Shown here: positions 59,141 to 64,000 of the stretch, piece after piece
Numbering within the stretch: position 1 is the first letter of the stretch
Layout: each line of letters begins with the position of its first letter
From: Eledone cirrhosa
Lineage: Eukaryota
NCBI GenBank assembly: GCA_964016885.1
Contig: OZ024755.1
Coordinates: 8,742,001 to 8,806,000, forward strand
Reading direction: 5' to 3'
DNA: 64,000 nt
Notes under the pieces: model-generated
What the model saw: the letters and a program-made list of their open reading frames with translations, nothing else
What the model was told of the DNA's origin: nothing
Database searches by the model: none
Translations under genes and position numbers: made by a program

Positions 59141-59390
59141 TCGTTTCTGAATTTGTTTAGCAAGATTCTTTATCTGAAAACGTGTGTTGAAACCGATATT
59201 GTTATACTTTGGAAGGGTTATGTTGCCAATAAGAAACACACGCACCACATGCTTTCACTTCAATTTATTATAATAAATTTATAAATTTATAAATTCCTAA
59301 ATTTATAAATTTATTATAATAAATTAAAGCGAAGCAACTGGTGCGTGTGTTTCTTATTGGCAACATGACCCTCCCAAAGTATAACAATAT
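59141..59390 (-). mobile_element. Family D foldback element (same architecture, no canonical NUH)
   Basis: Arms about 59196-59280 and 59305-59390 with an AT-rich centre; 55-bp tail 59141-59195; TA-flanked. A related end occurs at 55865-55890. Confidence 0.7.
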
Positions 59391-59398
59391 ATATATAT

Positions 59399-59478
59399 AG
59401 TAATAATAATAAATGTGAAGACTAAAATCCAAAGATAAATAAAGATAAATATATATCGAATATATAAGAACCCTATAG

Positions 59479-59483
<5 letters not shown>
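59399..59483 (-). mobile_element. Family A tail fragment
   Basis: Matches 47261-47350 with an internal deletion; flanked by TA. Confidence 0.7.
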
Positions 59484-59555
<72 letters not shown>

Positions 59556-59620
59556 ATTTATATATTTATATATTTACATATATATATGTATGTATGTATA
59601 TGTATATGTACATATATATA

Positions 59621-59685
59621 CAGTTTTCGGCGAAAGATGGCGAAAGGCCGGGGCTCAGCCGTCGGGGATCCTGACTCTTTTCCTA
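59621..59685 (+). mobile_element. Family C short-arm fragment
   Basis: GCTCAGCCGTCGGGGATCCTGACTCTTTTCCTATA, followed by TA. Confidence 0.65.
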
Positions 59686-60326
59686 TATATATATAATATT
59701 AAGGATACTATTTATAGTTATGTATATTTTAAACTATAAACAGGGAAGGTCAGTAATTTATTACTACCTTAAGCCAGTAAGGCCCAGTAAGATAAGTAGC
59801 TCAATGTAATAACATCAGTTGTTCTACAGAGCAGTTATATAGAATTCACAAGAATCAAAAAATACCCTACCACTACAACCACCATAATACTCTTGCTTAC
59901 CCGCTTAAAGTGGTTGCGTTATATGTAACACCTTGCCACCCAATAATCGTATATAAATGAGACACACTTGCATGCTCCATGTGTGACTAACGCATACACT
60001 ATCTACTATATCTGATTATCAAACTATCCTCTTACATTATCTGTGTTATCTGCCGCATGTATTTTAATTTTTATTTAATTTTAATTTTAATTTTAATTTT
60101 AATTTTAATTTTGATTTTGATTTTAAATTTGAATTGGTGTACAAATATAGTATAGTATAATATATGTCACTCCACTGTACATCAATATATATATATGTAT
60201 CTGTATGTCTCTTGCGTTGGATAGGAGGTCAATTATATGTACAAGCATTGAAAAATGCTCCGAAGTCTCCAAGTGAATAAATGCTTTGAACATAGCTTTG
60301 ATTCTTGTGAATTCTCTCTCTCTCTC

Positions 60327-60424
<98 letters not shown>

Positions 60425-60494
60425 TGTGTTTTCAATATATATATATATATTGAAAAAACGGTAACCCATTCTTGTGTTTTTTTGTCTATATACA

Positions 60495-60566
<72 letters not shown>

Positions 60567-61957
60567 TGTATGTGTTCGTGTATCTGTATGTGAATATTAG
60601 GTATATATGAGTCAGTTTAATTTCTCCATATATATGGGTGTGGGACTCGATCTGTAAATATATATATATGTTACATTTAACCTTCTCTTTGAGTGCTAAT
60701 TATTTGAATCTTATTTTCTTTTGAACTTTCTAGAGTGGCGGTTTCCAAATTTAACATTTAAAATGGTGTTTCGTTCCAAAATACTCCTCTCAATTATCAC
60801 ATTTTAGACATTTCTTGCAGAAACCTAATTTAACCTAACTGAAATGTCAACAGCGAAATAACGATTCAATAGGAAGGCTGAACACTTTAGAAAAAAACCT
60901 GCTAAACTAAGATTTTTTTTCCTTAAGTGTATACTATACAAGACAGAAGTTTGGGGGATTAAATAAGCGGCTGCCATTGATAGTGTTTATTATATATGGC
61001 GGCGATTTGGCAACCGAGTTATATATTAATTTACTGATTTCAAGCATTAGATTACGGTCATGCTGGGCACTGCCTTCATTTAACCGCTCATATCGATCCC
61101 AGTACTTATTTTAATGATCTCACTTTTGAAGATCCGCTAAGTTACGGAGCATAAGCAACAACAGAGACACAAACGTAAACATAAGCACAAACAAGAAAAC
61201 GTGTGTTGTTGTTAGCAAGCCATCTTAAAAAATGAAAAAGATAAAGCAAAAAGAGGTTACATTGTTCAAGACTTATTGAATAGGAGAAATGGAGGCAGAA
61301 ACATTTATATATGCGTGTATTTGTGTATTTGTGTATTTGTTCATAGCTGTCACATTATGAATGGAGTGGTGTACGTTGTACCGTGACTTCATTTGAAGGT
61401 TTACTGTATATGCCCATGTGTTATTATGAATGTGTATGTGTGTGTGCGTGTTTGTGTGTCTGTGTGTATGGTTGATAAGTGCAGGAAGTTCTACAGCTCT
61501 GGAATGACAAATGACAAGCTGTGTGTGTGTGTGTGTGTGTGTCAATGGGCTCATGTGTGTGTTTACACGTATTCATGTACGCTCGTTCAAACTTTTATAT
61601 GTAGACATGCCTCCACACATACAAGCACAGGGAAGATTTACTTAATACATTAAGTAGAGCTAAAATGCTAGCAATAGTGTTGACTTCCTACTAGAGAGAC
61701 CGGAAATTTGCCGTGGAGTGTGCAGTCGAATTTATCATCTCTGGACCTCGACTGATGCATATTTAAAAGTACCTAAAATGATAAATGACTTTATTGAACT
61801 TAGCAGAATTTGAATTCAGAATGTTAAGGGATGTAACTATAAACTGCAAATATTCGCGAAAACAAATAACAAAGCATAAGGTTTATGATCATATACAGTA
61901 CCAACTGAATAAATGAGGTGGGAAATGAAAGTAAGTGAGGCATGAAATATCTATCTA

Positions 61958-62049
<92 letters not shown>

Positions 62050-62168
62050 GATAGATAGAAGTAGTTCCACAACAGTTAGTTCACCATACTGAGAACAAAT
62101 GTTTCACCTTATGCGCGCATTTATATATTCATATATGTATATATGTATATATGTGTATATGTATATAA

Positions 62169-62229
<61 letters not shown>

Positions 62230-62248
62230 GCACATAAATAACAAAAAC

Positions 62249-62289
<41 letters not shown>

Positions 62290-62297
62290 CTTGTGTA

Positions 62298-62800
<503 letters not shown>

Positions 62801-64000
62801 TGTATGTATAAACTTTCCACCGAAGTTAACAAAGGACTTAATAGATCTACATAGCAAAATAATAAAATTAAATTGTTATAGAATAACAACTACAAGTCAA
62901 GTGATTCTTTTCCTTTTTTCAAATATATATATATATTTATATAATTAAATATTTGTGGTTTACCTTAAATTTCGTATGTATACCGTTTTTATCCATTATT
63001 ATGCGTTCATATCAATTTACATTATTCGGTTGAATAATTGATAAGGTCTATGAACCATTTTCATTAGGACTTATAGTTGCTTTTTTTATATTTTAAGACC
63101 TAATTAATTGATGTTAGCACTTTAACTATTTTAGTGTTAATGTGTGTGTTTTGTCTTCTGTGCGAAGATTACACTTGGAAAGGGATTAAAACAATCAAAC
63201 AAAGCTGTATTTAAATAAATTACTGACGTTCTACTTGTCTTTTCTTATACCTCTATGGTTTACTAAAACTATATGTTAACTGTCACTATATGTGTAAAAT
63301 GTTGACGTAGCATAGGCAAATAGGGAAGAAATTCACTTTGAAATTATGTTTTCCCCGGTTTGAATGTTATTTACCATAGCCTTGGGTTTATACTTAGCCT
63401 GTGGGTGAAATTCAGCAACATCAAACTGTTAGAAAGTTCGTCAGATACTCTGTATCTGTAATTCTACGGGTGAGCCCTGACATAGACTATGTCATGCTGA
63501 ATCTGCCGGGGAATTACATTAAGGACATATGTGGCTGCCGAACGCCTAACTCCTATTATGTTAATTCCATGAGCTGGTTATTCCGTTGATTGAACACTCG
63601 AAACACTCATCGTTGAAGTCGATGAAGATCCATTCCTATTCCTACACGTGTAAACAAATAACTGGGAGAAGGATGTGCACATTGTAGGGCTAGCTTAAAG
63701 AGCTAAACACTCAAGCATTGGCTCTGCATCTTCTTGGATAAGAACTCCTAAAATGTGTATTTACCCGAGTTATAGTTTTATCGAAGGTATCACAATTGTT
63801 TTCACTGTTCACATAGGCAGTATAGATATTTGAGAAGATGAAATGAAAGAAAATGTTCAGGGAATGTTGCCAACAGCCAGCAATATTTGGAAATGGTGAT
63901 GATAATTTGGGAGTGTTCTAACAACTATGAAAATAAAAATGATTTTATTTTTTGAAATTGAAAAAACACTTTCTTTCTATATCTATGTATGCATTGTTAA

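Overview
Eukaryotic, very AT-rich, microsatellite-saturated intronic or intergenic DNA. The SINE repertoire resembles octopus (cephalopod) families; this is recognised from memory, not from a database search. No intact protein-coding gene is evident, and almost all listed ORFs are translations of (TA)n, (CA)n, (GA)n or trinucleotide repeats. Recognisable content: more than a dozen copies of one tRNA-derived SINE (several with TSDs), older SINE families, a 3' fragment of a Tx1/L1-like LINE sitting in (GATA)n, an RTE-like LINE 3' fragment, and a 1.3-kb non-autonomous hAT-like element carrying an inverted pair of tRNA-like heads. The main result is a set of at least 7 unrelated short element families inserted in (TA)n tracts. 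Most share a 'short inverted arm + long arm with tail' architecture, and most carry complete or 3'-half type I hammerhead ribozyme (HHR) motifs. A canonical HHR lies at 46899-46969 (-), a variant extended HHR at 5252-5327 (+), and a 464-nt HHR-to-HHR monomer at 4850-5313. Together these suggest a Penelope-like or retrozyme-like system targeting TA microsatellites.
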